64,000 nt of DNA. Origin: Mobula hypostoma (lineage: Eukaryota). How positions within the stretch are numbered: the stretch's first letter is position 1; every line of letters starts with the position of its first letter. A model generated the notes under the pieces. That model made no database searches and had not been told where the DNA came from. It saw only the letters and a list, made by a program, of their open reading frames with translations. Of this stretch, positions 25,895 through 38,600 are shown piece by piece. Position numbers and translations under genes: made by a program. The stretch covers positions 187,862,001-187,926,000 of the forward strand of contig NC_086097.1 in assembly GCF_963921235.1 (NCBI RefSeq). Reading direction: 5' to 3'.

Positions 25895-26690
25895 AGAGCA
25901 CGGAGCATTGTACAGGACAGATCAGTACAGGCCCTTCAACCCTTCAGTACCTCTAACCTACTCCAAGATCAATCTAGCCCTTCCCTCCTCCATAGCCCTC
26001 CATTTTTCCTATCATCCATGTGCCTAACATGTTTTAAATGTCCCTAATGTATCTGCTCCGACCACCACTCCCGCAGTGATTTTATTTACTTATTGAAATA
26101 CAGCATGAAATAGGCCCTTCTGGTCCTTTGAGCCTTCTTTGCACTGTGGAAGGAAACTAGAACACCCAGAGGAAACTCATATGGTCATCGGGAGAATGTC
26201 AAACTCCTTACGGCAGTGGCAGAATTGAACCCTGCCACCTGGACTGAAAGCCGCTGCTTTACAGTATCACCCATGCACCTACCACTCGCTGTGCAAACAA
26301 AAACTTACCTCTGATCTCCCCTGTGTTTTCCTCCAAAAAATTATGCCCCCATGTATTAGCCATTTCCGCCCTGGGAAAAAGTCTCTGGCTATCCTCTTTT
26401 CATCTTGTACACCTCAGTCTCATCTCATTTTCCTTCGATTCAAAGAGAAAAGCCCTGGCTTGCTCAACCTTTTCTCATAGCATATGTTCTTTAACCAGGC
26501 AGCATCCTGGTAAATCTACTCTGCACCCTCGCTAAAGTTTTCACATCTTTCCTTCCTATAATAGGCCACCAGCACTGCAAGTGTGATTTCACCAGAGTTT
26601 TATAGAGCTGCAACATTACCTCACAGCTCTTGAACTCAGTTCCCTAACCAATGAAAGCCAATACATCATATGCTTTCTTAACAACCTTAC
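25895..26690 (-). mobile_element. CR1 3' fragment with nested SINE
   Basis: Similar to 10140-10550. Confidence 0.75.
26078..26270 (-). mobile_element. tRNA-derived V-SINE (HE1-like)
   Basis: B-box-like gggttcaattc on the minus strand, a V-domain-like segment (ggaggaaac...gggagaatgtcaaactcc on plus) and an A-rich tail. Confidence 0.65.
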
Positions 26691-26754
26691 ATACATGTTC
26701 AATTTAATAAAATGAATAATAAGACCAATAAAGTAATATCATGGCTTGAAGGTC

Positions 26755-27130
26755 AGTCTCCTCTTTCACTGTGAAATGGGTGTGATCTCTCTGTCCCTTG
26801 TTAGTGAGAGAGAGCCTGTGGCATGTCAAACTGTTAGGTAAGCAATAGTTTCTGTTGACTGCAGATTATGGTCTCTCTATTGCTTGGTGGGTGTTGGGTG
26901 CTGGGCACTGATGCTTTTTGCTGAAACGGTCGGAAGGAGAGTACAGGTTGATCTGTTGATGCTTTGCTGCTGCTTGTGCAGAGGGAGGGGGAGGGGGGCT
27001 TTGGGGTTCTAATATTTTTCTGTCATTCATTCTTTCGGGGCTCTGCTTTTTATGGATGTCCGCAAAGACAACTATTTCAGGTTGTATACTGTATACATTT
27101 TCTGATAATAAACAGAATCACCTGAACCAT
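26755..27130 (+). repeat. Interspersed repeat resembling a LINE 3' UTR
   Basis: Ends in aatttcaggttgtata...ctgataataaa, like the Rex-type 3' ends elsewhere in the window. Confidence 0.45.
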
Positions 27131-28084
27131 TTGAAGGATTAAAAATGAGCTAAACACCAACTTATATGCACCTTAGAAATATCAGCTATGCCTATCTTTT
27201 GAAGACCAATTCCCACATGAGTCATGTGTTGTGCTTCAATTTTGACTAAAACAAAACTAATTTGAACCAAGTCAGGCACTGCTTTAAAGGTTAATAGCTG
27301 GAGAAGTCTTGACAGTACATTGCCCTACACTGTTGAATCTAGTATCTTGTGTGATGGGGTTGAATTTGGGTTCATGGCTTTGATTCTGAACACCTTGAAA
27401 GCACTTTTAGTGTTTTATTCAATAGCAATGTGTCCTGGTGTTATTAACACTATGTTATTCCTTTATTACTGTCAGAAATCTTGAACAAGTGTTTTTGGCA
27501 TGGGCTTACTAACAGGTGATTGATATCCCCCTAACCAGTCTGACTGCAGAGATATCTACCTGATATATACCTGTATATAAACAACAAATTGTTCAGAGGG
27601 CATGAATTTTAAAAAATCACTGCCATTCACATTACAGGAACAATTTTGACTTTGGCTGATAGAGTGAAAAAGAGATAATATCAATTCAGCTGCCTGTGAT
27701 ACATGTCACCTAATTTCCAATTCCATTGATTTGTCAGATATGTTCCGGTTTTTTTGCATTACCAAGCTGAGTCAGTCTAATTATTTTATAACTTAAGAGT
27801 ACTTTATTACCATGACAGATGACATCAGGGTAATTTATCTATCATTAGCTCTTTCTTTTCCTACCTCTTTTCTCTGTTCTGGAATTGCAATTGCTACTTT
27901 CCATTCTGCTGAGATTGCTCCAGAACCCAGAGAATTCTGGGAGATTATCTCTGGTACGTCCATCATTCTGCATTTACAACTCTTAGGATCCAAGATTTTA
28001 GTCCCTCCAATTGCTTCAGGATTTCCTCCTCAGTGATATTAACGACACTAAGAGCTTCAGTGATATTGAGCTGATAGATGGTAA

Positions 28085-29011
28085 ATTAATTTATTACTGT
28101 CACATGGACCAAAGTACAGAGAAAAACTTTGTTTTGTATTCAATACATACAAATGATTTCATATCAGCAGTGCATTCAGTAAGTACAATTAAACCAATAA
28201 CAGAACACCGAATAAAGCATTACAGTTACAGAGAAAGTGCAGTGCAAACAGACAAGGAAGTCCAAGACCATAATGAGGTAGATTGTGAACTCAAGATCCA
28301 ACATCATATTAGAGGAACTTTCAATAGTCTTATCGGATAGAAGCTGTCCCTGAGGCTAGTGGTGCATGCATTCAGGCCTTTGTATTTTCTGATTGAAGGG
28401 TAGGAAGAGAAGAGTAATGTCTGGGATGGGTGGGGTCTTGGCCATGGAGTCTATGTGGTTGGACCAGAAGAGGATATTAGTGATGTACACTCATAGGATC
28501 TTGAAGCTTTCAACCTGCTCAAATTCAACACATAGAAGCATGTGCACTATTTCCCCCTCTTCATGATATTAATGACCAACTGTTTTGTTTTGTTGACATT
28601 GAGGGAAACATGTTGTCATGGTATCATGCCGCTAGGTCCTTCCTGTACTCCAGCCCATTGCTGTGTGAGGTACAGCCCTTTATGATGGTATCATCTGCCA
28701 ATGTTTAGATGGAATTTGAGCAGAATCTGACCATACAGTACTGAGCATATCAGGAATAAAGTAGAGGGCCAAGAATGCAGCCTTGTGGGGCACCAGTTTT
28801 AAGGATAATCATGGCAAAGATGTTGCTATATATCTTTACTGATTGTGGTCTGTAGTTCAGGAAGTCAAGGATCCAGTTGCAAAGGATGGTGTTGAGTCCC
28901 AGGTCTAGGAGTTTAGAGACTAGTCTGCTTGGAAATACAGTATTAAAAGCGGAGCTGTAGTCAATAACAGCAATCTAACATAGGCGCCTTTCTGGTCCAG
29001 ATGGTCCAGAC
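28085..29011 (-). mobile_element. Rex1-like LINE fragment (continues at ~34511-34800), split by a full-length CR1
   Basis: [16 protein letters not shown] peptide at the junction, with the continuation beyond the CR1 5' end. Confidence 0.7.
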
Positions 29012-29358
29012 CTAAAACCATAAGACCATAAGAAAGGAGCAGAAGTTGGCCATTCAGCCCATCAAGTCTGCTCTGCCATTTTATCATGAGCTGATCCATT
29101 CTCCCATTTAGTCCCACTCCCCTGCCTTCTCACCATAACCTTTGATGCCCTGGCTACTCAGATACCTATCAATCTCTGCCTTAAATACACCCAATGACTT
29201 GGCCTCCACTACTGCCCGTGGTAACAAATTCCATAGATTCACCACCCTCTGACTAAAAAATCTCTTCCCATTTCTGTTCTGCATGGGCGCCCTTCAATCC
29301 TTAAGTCATGCCCTCTCGTACTAGACTCCCCCATCATGGGAAATAACTTTGCCACATT

Positions 29359-29801
29359 TACGAGGAATTCTGCACATGCTGGAAATTCAAGCAACACACA
29401 TCAAAGTTGCTGGTGAACGCAGCAGGCCGGGCAGCATCTCTAGGAAGAGGTACAGTCGACGTTTCCGGCCGAAACCCTTTGTCAGGACTAACTGAAGGAA
29501 GAGATAGTAAGAGATTTGAAAGTGGGAAGGGGAGGGGGAGATCCAAAATGATAGGAAAGGACAGGAGGGGGAGGGATGGTGCCAAGAGCTGGACAATCAC
29601 CCGTCCAGCTTTTGGCTCCATCCCTCCCCTTCTGTCTTCTATCATTTTGGATCTCACCCTCCCCCGCCCACTTTCAAATCTCCTACTATCTCTTTCTTCA
29701 GTTAGTCCTGACGAAGGGTCTCAGCCTGAAACATCAACTGTACCTCTTCCTAGAGATGCTGCCTGGCCTGCTGCGTTCACCAGTAACTTTGATGTGTGTT
29801 G
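29359..29801. mobile_element. Penelope-like inverted terminal-repeat insertion
   Basis: Minus copy ~29359-29594 and plus copy ~29595-29801, with 11-bp TSD tttgccacatt (29348-29358, 29802-29812). Confidence 0.9.
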
Positions 29802-31619
29802 TTTGCCACATTCACTCTGTCCATGCCTTTCAACATTTGAAATGTTTCTATGAGGTCTCCCCTCATTCTTCTAAACTCCAAGGAATACAGTCCAAGAGTG
29901 GACAAACGTTCCTCATATGTTAACCCTCTCATTCCGGGAATCATTCTAGTGATTCTTTTCTGTACCCTCTCCAACGTCAGCACATGCTTTCTTAAATAAG
30001 AAGACCAAAACTGCCCACAGTACTCCAAGTAAGGTCTCATCAGTGCCTTATAGAGCCTCAACATCACATCCCTGCTCCTATACTCCATTCCCCTAGAAAT
30101 GAATGCCAACATTGGATTTGCCTTCTTCACTACTGACTCAACCTGGAGGTTAACTTTAAGGGTATCCTGTACGAGGACTCTCAAGTCCTGTTGCATCTCA
30201 GAACTTTGAATTCTTTCCCCATTTAAATAATAGTTTGCCCAGTTATTTCTTCTGCCAAAGTGCATAACCATACACTTTCCAACATTGTATTTCATTTGCC
30301 ATTTCTTTGCGCATTCTTCCAATCTATCTAAGTCTCTCTGCAGACTCTCCGTTTCCTCAGCACTACCAGCCCCTCCACCTATCATCGTATCGTCAGCAAA
30401 CTTAGCCACAAAGCCATCTATTCCATCATCCAAATCGTTGATGTACAATGTAAAAAGAACAGCCCCAACACTGACCCCTGTGGAACACCACTGGTAACTG
30501 GCAGCCAACCAGAATAGGATCCCTTTATTCCCACTCCCTGTTTCCTGCTCAGCCAATGCTCTATCCACGTATGTAACTTTCCCGTAATTCCATGGGCTCT
30601 TATCTGGTTAAGTAGCCTCATGTGTGGCACCTTGTCAAAGGCCTTCTGAAAATCCAAATATACAACATCCACGGCATCTTCCTTGTCTAGCCGACTTGTA
30701 ATTTCCTCAAAGAATTGTAATAGGTTTGTCAGGCAGGATTTTCCTTTAAGGAATCCATGCTGTGTTCTGCCTATCTTGTCATATGCCTCCAGGTACTCTG
30801 TAACCTCATCCTTGACAATCGACTCCAACAATTTCCCAACTACTGATGTCAAGCTAACAGGTCTATAATTTCCTTTTTGCTTCCTTGCCCCCTTCTTAAA
30901 TAGCGGTGTAACATTTGAAATCTTCCAGTCCTCCGGAACCATGCCAGAGCCTATTGACTTTTGAAAGATCATCGCTAATGCCTCCGCAATCTCCACAGCT
31001 ACTTCCTTCAGAACACTAGGGTGCATTCCATCTGGTCCAGGAGATTTATCGACCTTTACACTATTCAGCTTCCTGAGTAGTTTCTCTGTTGTAATTGTGA
31101 CTGTGCACACTTCTCTTCTCTGCCACCCTTGAGTGTCCAGTATACTGCTGATGTCTTCCTCAGTGAAGACTGATGCAAAATACTCGTTCAGTTCCTCTGC
31201 CATCTCCATATCTCCCATTACAATTTCTCCAGCATCATTTTCTATCGGTCCTATATCTACTCTCACCTGTCTTTTACTCTTTATCTACCTGAAAAAGCTT
31301 TCAGTATCCTCTTTGATGTTATTTGCTAGCTTCCTTTCATAGTTAATCTTTTCCCTCTTAATGACCTTCTTAGTTTCCTTTTGTAAGCTTTTAAAAACTT
31401 CCCAATCTTCTGTCTTCCAACTAATTTTTGCTTCCTTGTATGCCCTCTCCTTTGCTTTAACTTTGGCTTTGACTTCTCTTGTTAACCACGGTTGCATTTT
31501 TTTTCCATTTGAAAATTTCTTCTTTTTTGGAATATATCTGTCTTGCACCTTCCTCACTTCTCGCATAAACTCCAGCCACTGCTGCTCTGCCATCTTTCCC
31601 GTCCGTGTCCCTTTCCAGT

Positions 31620-32080
31620 TGTCGTGGTTTTTAAAATGACATGGAGGCGCCGAAGATTCTCCAAGAAATTTTAAACTTTAATTTGCAAATCAAAACTGAG
31701 ACAAACAGTGGACTAGCCTCTGTAAGTCTGCCACTGAATGCCCACCTGTCTGTTTCACACAGCATTTTTATAGGCCTCCTTCTGAGTTAACAATATTAGC
31801 ATATCGCTGTAAGTTTTACTCTAGCTAATAAATCAATTACTCTTATCTCTCTTACTTGGCTACATTCATTTTTCTCGAGGGGTCAGAAGTACACAGGTTA
31901 AATTCTAATTAATGAATCAATGGTTACATGTGAAATACCATAGTAATCCCCTACACACTCAATAACAGACACTTAATGCATAGTTAAGGCATAGTAAACA
32001 CCTGAATAAACACATGATACGCAATAAAAGCACACTTAAATAAACAGTTAGAAAACAGAGTATTACAATGTTTTCCAATA
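31620..32080 (-). mobile_element. Solo LTR
   Basis: 4-bp TSD cagt (31616-31619, 32081-32084); absent from the sister CR1 at ~37742. Minus strand reads TA(TG?)...CA with cctataaaaa and attaaa signals. Confidence 0.75.
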
Positions 32081-34214
32081 CAGTCAAATTTGACCAGTTC
32101 CTCTCTCATGCCACTATAATTTCCTTTACTCTGCTGAAATATCGACACATCAGACTTCGGCTTCCCTTTTTCAAATTTCACAGTGAACTCAATCATGTTA
32201 TGATCACTGCCTCCTAAGGGTTCCTTCCCCTCTTTAATCACCTCTGGTTCATTACACAATACCCAATCCAGTACAGCCGATCCCCTAGTGGGCTCAACAA
32301 CAAGCTGTTCTAAAAAGCCATCTCGCAGACATTCTACAAATTCTCTCTCTTGAGATCCAGTGCCAACCTGATTTTCCCAATCCACTCGCATGTTAAAATC
32401 CCCCACAATTATCATAACACTGCCCTTCTGACAAGCCTTTTCTATTTCCAGTTGTAATTTGTAGTCCACATCACTGCAGCTGTTTGGAGGCCTATAAATA
32501 ACTGCCATCAGGGTCCTTTTACCCCTGCGATTTCTTAGCTCAACCTATAAAGATTCTGCACCTTCCGAACCTATATCACCTCTTTCTAATAATTTGATAT
32601 CATTTTTTACCAATAAAGCCACGCCTCCCCCTCTGCCTACTTTCCTATCCTTCTGTGTATCCTTGGATGTTCAGCTCCCAGAGACATGCATCCTTTAGCC
32701 ATGTCTCAGTGATGGCCACAATATCATACCTGCCAATCTGTAGCTGTACGACAAGATCATCCACTTTATTCCTTATGCTGCGTGCATTTAAGTACAACAC
32801 CTTAAGACCAGTATTTGGTACTTTTCGCTTTGATTTCACTGCAACTTTATTGCACTGCAACCCATCCCAATGGCTACAAATTTGCCCCATCACCTGCCTG
32901 TCTTTCCTAACATCTTTACTGCTCACTATCTTAGATTTATTTCTGTTTTCCCCTTCCTCCGCTCTGTCATTCCAGTTCCCACCCCCCTGCCAAATTAGCT
33001 TAAACCCTCCCTAACAGCTCTATTAAACTTTCCCACCAGGGTATTGGTTCCGTTCAGGTTCATGTATAACCTGTCCTTTTTGAACAGGTCATACTTCCCC
33101 CAGAGGAGATCCCAATTATCCAAGAATATGAAGCACTGCCCCCTGCACCAGTCTCTCAGCCATGCATTCATCTGCCTGATCTACTTGCCCTCTCTAGCAC
33201 ATGGCACAGGTAGCAATCCCAAGATTACTACCCTGGAGGTCCTGCTTCTCAGCTTCCTTCCTAACTCCTGGAAATCTCTCTTCAGGACCTCCTCCTTTGT
33301 CCTATCTATGTCATTGGTACCAACATGTACCAAGACAACTGACTGCTCACCCTCCCCCTTCAGAATATTCTGGACCTGATCCGAGACATCCCGTACCATG
33401 GCACCTGGGAGGCAACACAGCATGCGGGTATCTCTATCAGGCTCACAGAATCTCCTGTCCGTTCCCCTGACTATGACTACCCTATGACTACCGCATTCCT
33501 CTTCTCCCTCCTTCTCTCCTGCACAACAGTGCCAGGCTCAGTGCCAGAGACCCGGTCACCGTGGGCGTCCCCTGTCAGGTCATCCTCCTCAGTAGCATCC
33601 AGAACAAGATACTTGTTGCTGAGGGGGACAGCCACAGGGGTGCTCTCCACTATCCGGGCATTTCCCTTCCCTCTCTTGACAGTGACCCAGTTTTCTGACC
33701 CCTGTAGTCTAGGAATGACTACCTCCTTGTAGCTCTTGTCTGTCACCTCTTCACTTTCCCTGATAAGCAGTAGGTCATCAAGCTGCAGCTCCAGATCCCT
33801 AACACGGTCTCTGAGGAGCTGCATCTCGGTGCACCTGGCATAGATGTGACCATCAGGGAGGCTGGAGGTTTCCCAGGATTCCCACATCTGACACCCTGAA
33901 CAAAGCACTAACCCTGCAGGCATGCTATCTAATTCTACAGGAATGAAACAGGAAAAATAAGACTACTCACCCACTTACCTCGCCAAACAGATGAACTTTT
34001 TAAACTGTTAGCTCGTACTGTTAGCTGTGAGAACCCTGCTGTTCCTGTCTGTCTGGGCCGAGTCGCAAAAGGGGCAGGGGGAGGAAAAAAGAGTTGGTGC
34101 TTCGCTCTCGCCTCTTCCCGTTTATCGCCGAAGCCCGTTGAAGCCAAAGCCCTACACTCTGCTACCGCTCACTCCGCTGCCTGCTCCAACAGCTGCCCGC
34201 TGTATAAAGGGGTC

Positions 34215-34510
34215 TCTTTTTTAAACTCTCCGTGCTGTCCTGTTGCCGTCACACGCCTGCACAATTTCGTTCTTACTGCACTCAAAGAAGTTTTTAAAAA
34301 AACTGTCTTCCTTCAGAATTCAGCTCCCACGACGCTCTGTAGTCCCGATCCAAAAGACAGCCATTGGTAGCAACCTTCCTTTTTAAACTCTTCATGCTGT
34401 CTTGTTGATGTTACGCGCCTGCGCAGTCTCGTCCTTCTTGCACTCGAAGAAGTTTTTAAAAAAACTGCCTTCCTTCAGAATTCAGCTCCCACGATGCTGT
34501 AGTCCCAATC
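34215..34510 (-). repeat. Tandem ~160-bp-period repeat at the CR1 5' end
   Basis: Two diverged units at ~34215-34352 and ~34378-34510 (ttttaaactct...gtagtcccgatccaa). Confidence 0.85.
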
Positions 34511-35604
34511 CAATCATGAGTGCAGGGCCATTGAGATAGCTTCTGCTGCGGGCCCGTTTTGCCTGTTGTGAATTGCAGTAGGTCGAGGTTGCCTAGAGAC
34601 TGCATTTGATGTGTGTCATGACCAGCTTCACAAAGCATACATGAAGGTGTATGCCAGTGCCACTGGGTAGTAGCAATTTCTTCTTAGGTACCAGGACAAA
34701 AATGGTCTACCTAAAGCCATGGGAACCTATGATTGAAGTACAGAGAGATTAAAAATGTTTGCAAGTACCACCCTCCACTCCCCCAATTTATCTGCACAGG
34801 ATCTCAGAACATAGTTGGGGTCTCCTTCTGACCAAATGTCTTCCATGGGTTCACTGTCTACAATATTTCTACCACATTTATTCAGTCTTCAACATTGATA
34901 ATAGGTACATAAAATATGAATGCCTCTGCCATTTCTTTATCTCACATAATTTTTCCTGGAACCACATTTATTTTTTTTTACAGTGTTATAAAGCACTGAA
35001 CGTTAAGTAATATTTAATGTTCATCTTGAAAATCTACTTTCAACTGTAGGATTTACAATAAAATGAATAAGGGATAATCAATTGTTCTTCAGGTGTGAGA
35101 AGTAAGTCTATATTTAGGACAATTTAAATGCACTGATTGTTCTTTTGAATATTTTTCATTTAGCATGGAGATTGCAATAGGCAATTCTAAATGTGAGCAG
35201 GAGAGTACTGAAATTCTGAAGGACTCATTATATTTAGTGAAATACCTTTGAAGCAGTATTTGACCCTGATGGACCATGTCTCTCTGCAATTTTGGTGTGT
35301 CTATTTCCAAAGGGAATTCAAGTGCAGAAGAAGCATCAGGAGGTGATTGAAATGTAAGGAACTGAAGCATGCAAAGATTGTCAATCTAGACTCGTTTATT
35401 TCCTTAAAGATGCATATCTAAAAAGAGATGATAGGAATATTTAAATTTATGAAAATTTATATTCAAACATGTTTCATCCTCATAGAACTTAAACAAGAGT
35501 TCATAGTTAAGAACAAAGGAACATGTAGGAAAAATACTGGTGAAATTGATTACTGGCACACTGTAATTAGCTAAACAATAATGGAATTATCAACAAATAA
35601 TCCA

Positions 35605-38600
35605 TCAGACCATAAGACCATAAGACAAAGAAGCAGAAGTCAGCCATTTGGCCCATCGAGTCTGCTCCGCCATTTTGTCATGAGCTGATCCATTCTCCCA
35701 TTTAGTCCCACTCACCCGTCTTCTCACCATAACCTTTTATGCACTGGCTACTCAGATACCTATCAATCTCTGCCTTAACACATCCAATGACTTGACCTCC
35801 AATGCCGCCCGTGGCAACAAATTCCACAGATTCACCACCCTCTGGCTAAAAAAATTTCTACGCATCTCTGTTCTGAATGGGTGCCCTTCAATCCTTAATT
35901 CATGCCCTCTCGTACAAGACTCACCCACCATGGGAAACAATTTTGCCACATCCACTCTGTCCATGCCTTTCAACATTCAAAATGTTTCTATGAGGTCCCC
36001 ATTCATTCCTCTAAACTCCAAGGAATACAGTCCAAGAGCTGAAAAACATTCCTCATATGTTAACCCTCTCATTCCTGGAGTCATTCTAGTGAAACTTTTC
36101 TCAACCCTCTCCAACATCAGCACATCCTTTCTTAAAGAAGGAGCCCAAAACTGCCCACAGTACTCCAAGTGAGGTCTTACCAGTGCCTTATAGAGCCTCA
36201 ACATCACATCCCTGCTCCTATACTCTATTCCTCTAGAAATGAATGTCAACATTGCATTCGCCTTCTTCACCACCGACTCAACCTGAAGTTGACCTTAAGA
36301 GTATCCTGCACGGATCCTGCACAGGGACTCCCAAGTCTCTCCCCATTTAAATAATAGTCTGCCCATTTATTTCTTCTGTCAAAGTGCATAACCATACACT
36401 TTCCAACATTGTATTTCATTTGCCACTTCTTTGCCCATTCTCCCAATCTATCCAAGTCTCTCTGCAGACTCTCTGTTTCCTCAGCACTACTGGCCCCTCC
36501 ACCTATCTTTGTATCATCAGCAAACTTAGTCACAAAGCCATCTATTTCATAATCCAATTCATTGATGTACAATGTAAAAAGAAGCGGCCCCAACACTGAC
36601 CCCTGTGGGACACCACTGGTAACCGGCAGCCAACCAGAATAGGATCCCTTTATTCCCACTCTCTGTTTCCTGCCAATCAGACAACGCTCTATCCACGTAT
36701 GTAACTTTCCTGTAATTCCATGGGCTCTTATCTTGTGAAGCAGCCTCACATGTGGCACCTTGTCAAAGGTCTTTTAAAAATCCAAATATACAACATCCAC
36801 TGCATCTTCCTTGTCTAGCCTATTTGTAATTTCCTCAAAAAATTGCAATAGGTTTGTCAGGCAGGATTTTCCTTTAAGGAAACCATGCTAGTTCTGCCTG
36901 TCTTGCCATATGCCTCCAGGTATTCCATATCCTCATTCTTGACAATCGACTCCAACAACTTCCCGACCACCGATGTCAAGCTAACAGGTCTATAATTTCC
37001 TTTTTGCTTCCTTGCCCCCTTCTTAAATAGCAGAGTGACATTTGCAATCTTCCAGTCCTCCAGAACCATGTCAGAATCTCTCAACTTTTGAAAGATCATC
37101 GCTAATGCCTCCGCAATCTCCACAGCTACTTCCTTCGGAACACAAGGGTGTATTCTATCCGGTCCGGGAGATTTATCTACCCTTAGACTATTCAGCTTCG
37201 TGAGTACTTTCCCTGTCGTAATTGTGACTGTGCACACTTCTCTTCCCTGACACCTTTGTGTGTCCGGTATACTACTGATGTCTTGCTCAGTAAAGACTGA
37301 TGCAAAATACTCGTTCAGTACCTCCGCTATCCCCTGTTCCCCCATTACAATTTCTCCAGCATCATTTTCTATCAGTCCTATATGTACTTTCACCTGTCTT
37401 TTACTCTTTATATACTTGAAAAAGCTTTTAGTGTCCGCTTTGATATTATTTGCTAGCTTTCTTTCATAGTTAATCTTTTCCCTCTTAATCACCTTCTTAG
37501 TTTCCTTTTGTAAGCTTTTAAAAACTTCCCAAACCTCTGTCTCCCTACTAATTTTTGCTTCCTTGTTTGCACTCTGCTTTGCTTTAACCTTGGCTTTGAC
37601 TTCTCTTGTCAACCACGGTTGCATCCTTTTTCCATTCGAATATTTCTTCTTTTTTGGAATATATCTGTCTTGCACCTTCCTCACTTCTTGCATAAACTCC
37701 AGCCACTGCTGCTCTGCTGTCCTTCCCGCCAGTGTCCCTTTCCAGTCAACTTTGGCCAGTTCCTCTCTCAAGCCACTGTAATTTCCTTTACTCCACTGAA
37801 ATATTGACACATCGGATTTCGGCTTCGCTTTCTCAAATTTCACAGTGAACTCAATCGTGTTATGATCACTATCTCCTAAGTGTTCCTTCACCTCAATCTC
37901 TCTAATCACCTCTGGTTCATTACACAATACCCAATCCAGTACAGCCGATCCCCAAGTGGGCTCAACAACAAGCTGTTCTAAAAAGCCATCTCGCAGACAT
38001 TCTACAAATCCTCTCTCTTGAGATCCAGTGCCAACCTGATTTTCCCAATCCACTCGCATGTTAAAATCCCCCACAATTATCATAACACTGCCCTTCTGAC
38101 AAGCCTTTTCTATTTCCTGTTGTAATTTGTAGTCCACATCACTGCAGCTGTTTGGAGGCCTATAAATAACTGCCATCAGGGTCCTTTTACCCCTGCGATT
38201 TCTTAGCTCAACCCATAAAGATTCTGCACCTTCCAATCCTATGTCATCTCTTTCTAATGATTTAATATCATTTCTTACCAATAAAGCCACGCCTCCCCCT
38301 CTGCCTACCTTCCTATCCTTCCGATACACCGTGTATCCTTGGATGTTCAGCTCCCAGAGACATGCATCCTTTAGCCACGTCTCGGTGATGAGCACGATAT
38401 CATACCTGTCAATCTGTAACTGTATGACAAGATCATCCACTTTATTCCTTATGCTGCATGCATTTAAGTATAACATCTTAAGACCAGTATTTGGTACTTT
38501 TTGCTTTGATTGCACTGCAAGTTTATTGCACTGCAACACATCCCAATGGCTGCAAATTTGCCCCATCACCTGCCTGTCCTTCCTGATATCTTTACTGCTC

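Larger units (their letters stand above)
29012..34510 (-). mobile_element. Near full-length CR1 (5'UTR, ORF1 zinc finger + SGNH esterase, ORF2)
   Basis: ORF1 33923-~33000 (CSGCQMWE...C, VVIG, VHVGTND), ORF2 fragments 32926-29100 and a cttatggt-repeat tail. Confidence 0.95.

Noticed and set aside
35089..35370. Unique-region ORFs (also 17923-18370, 48670-48924, 58372-58566)
   Set aside because: No recognisable homology or consistent splice structure.
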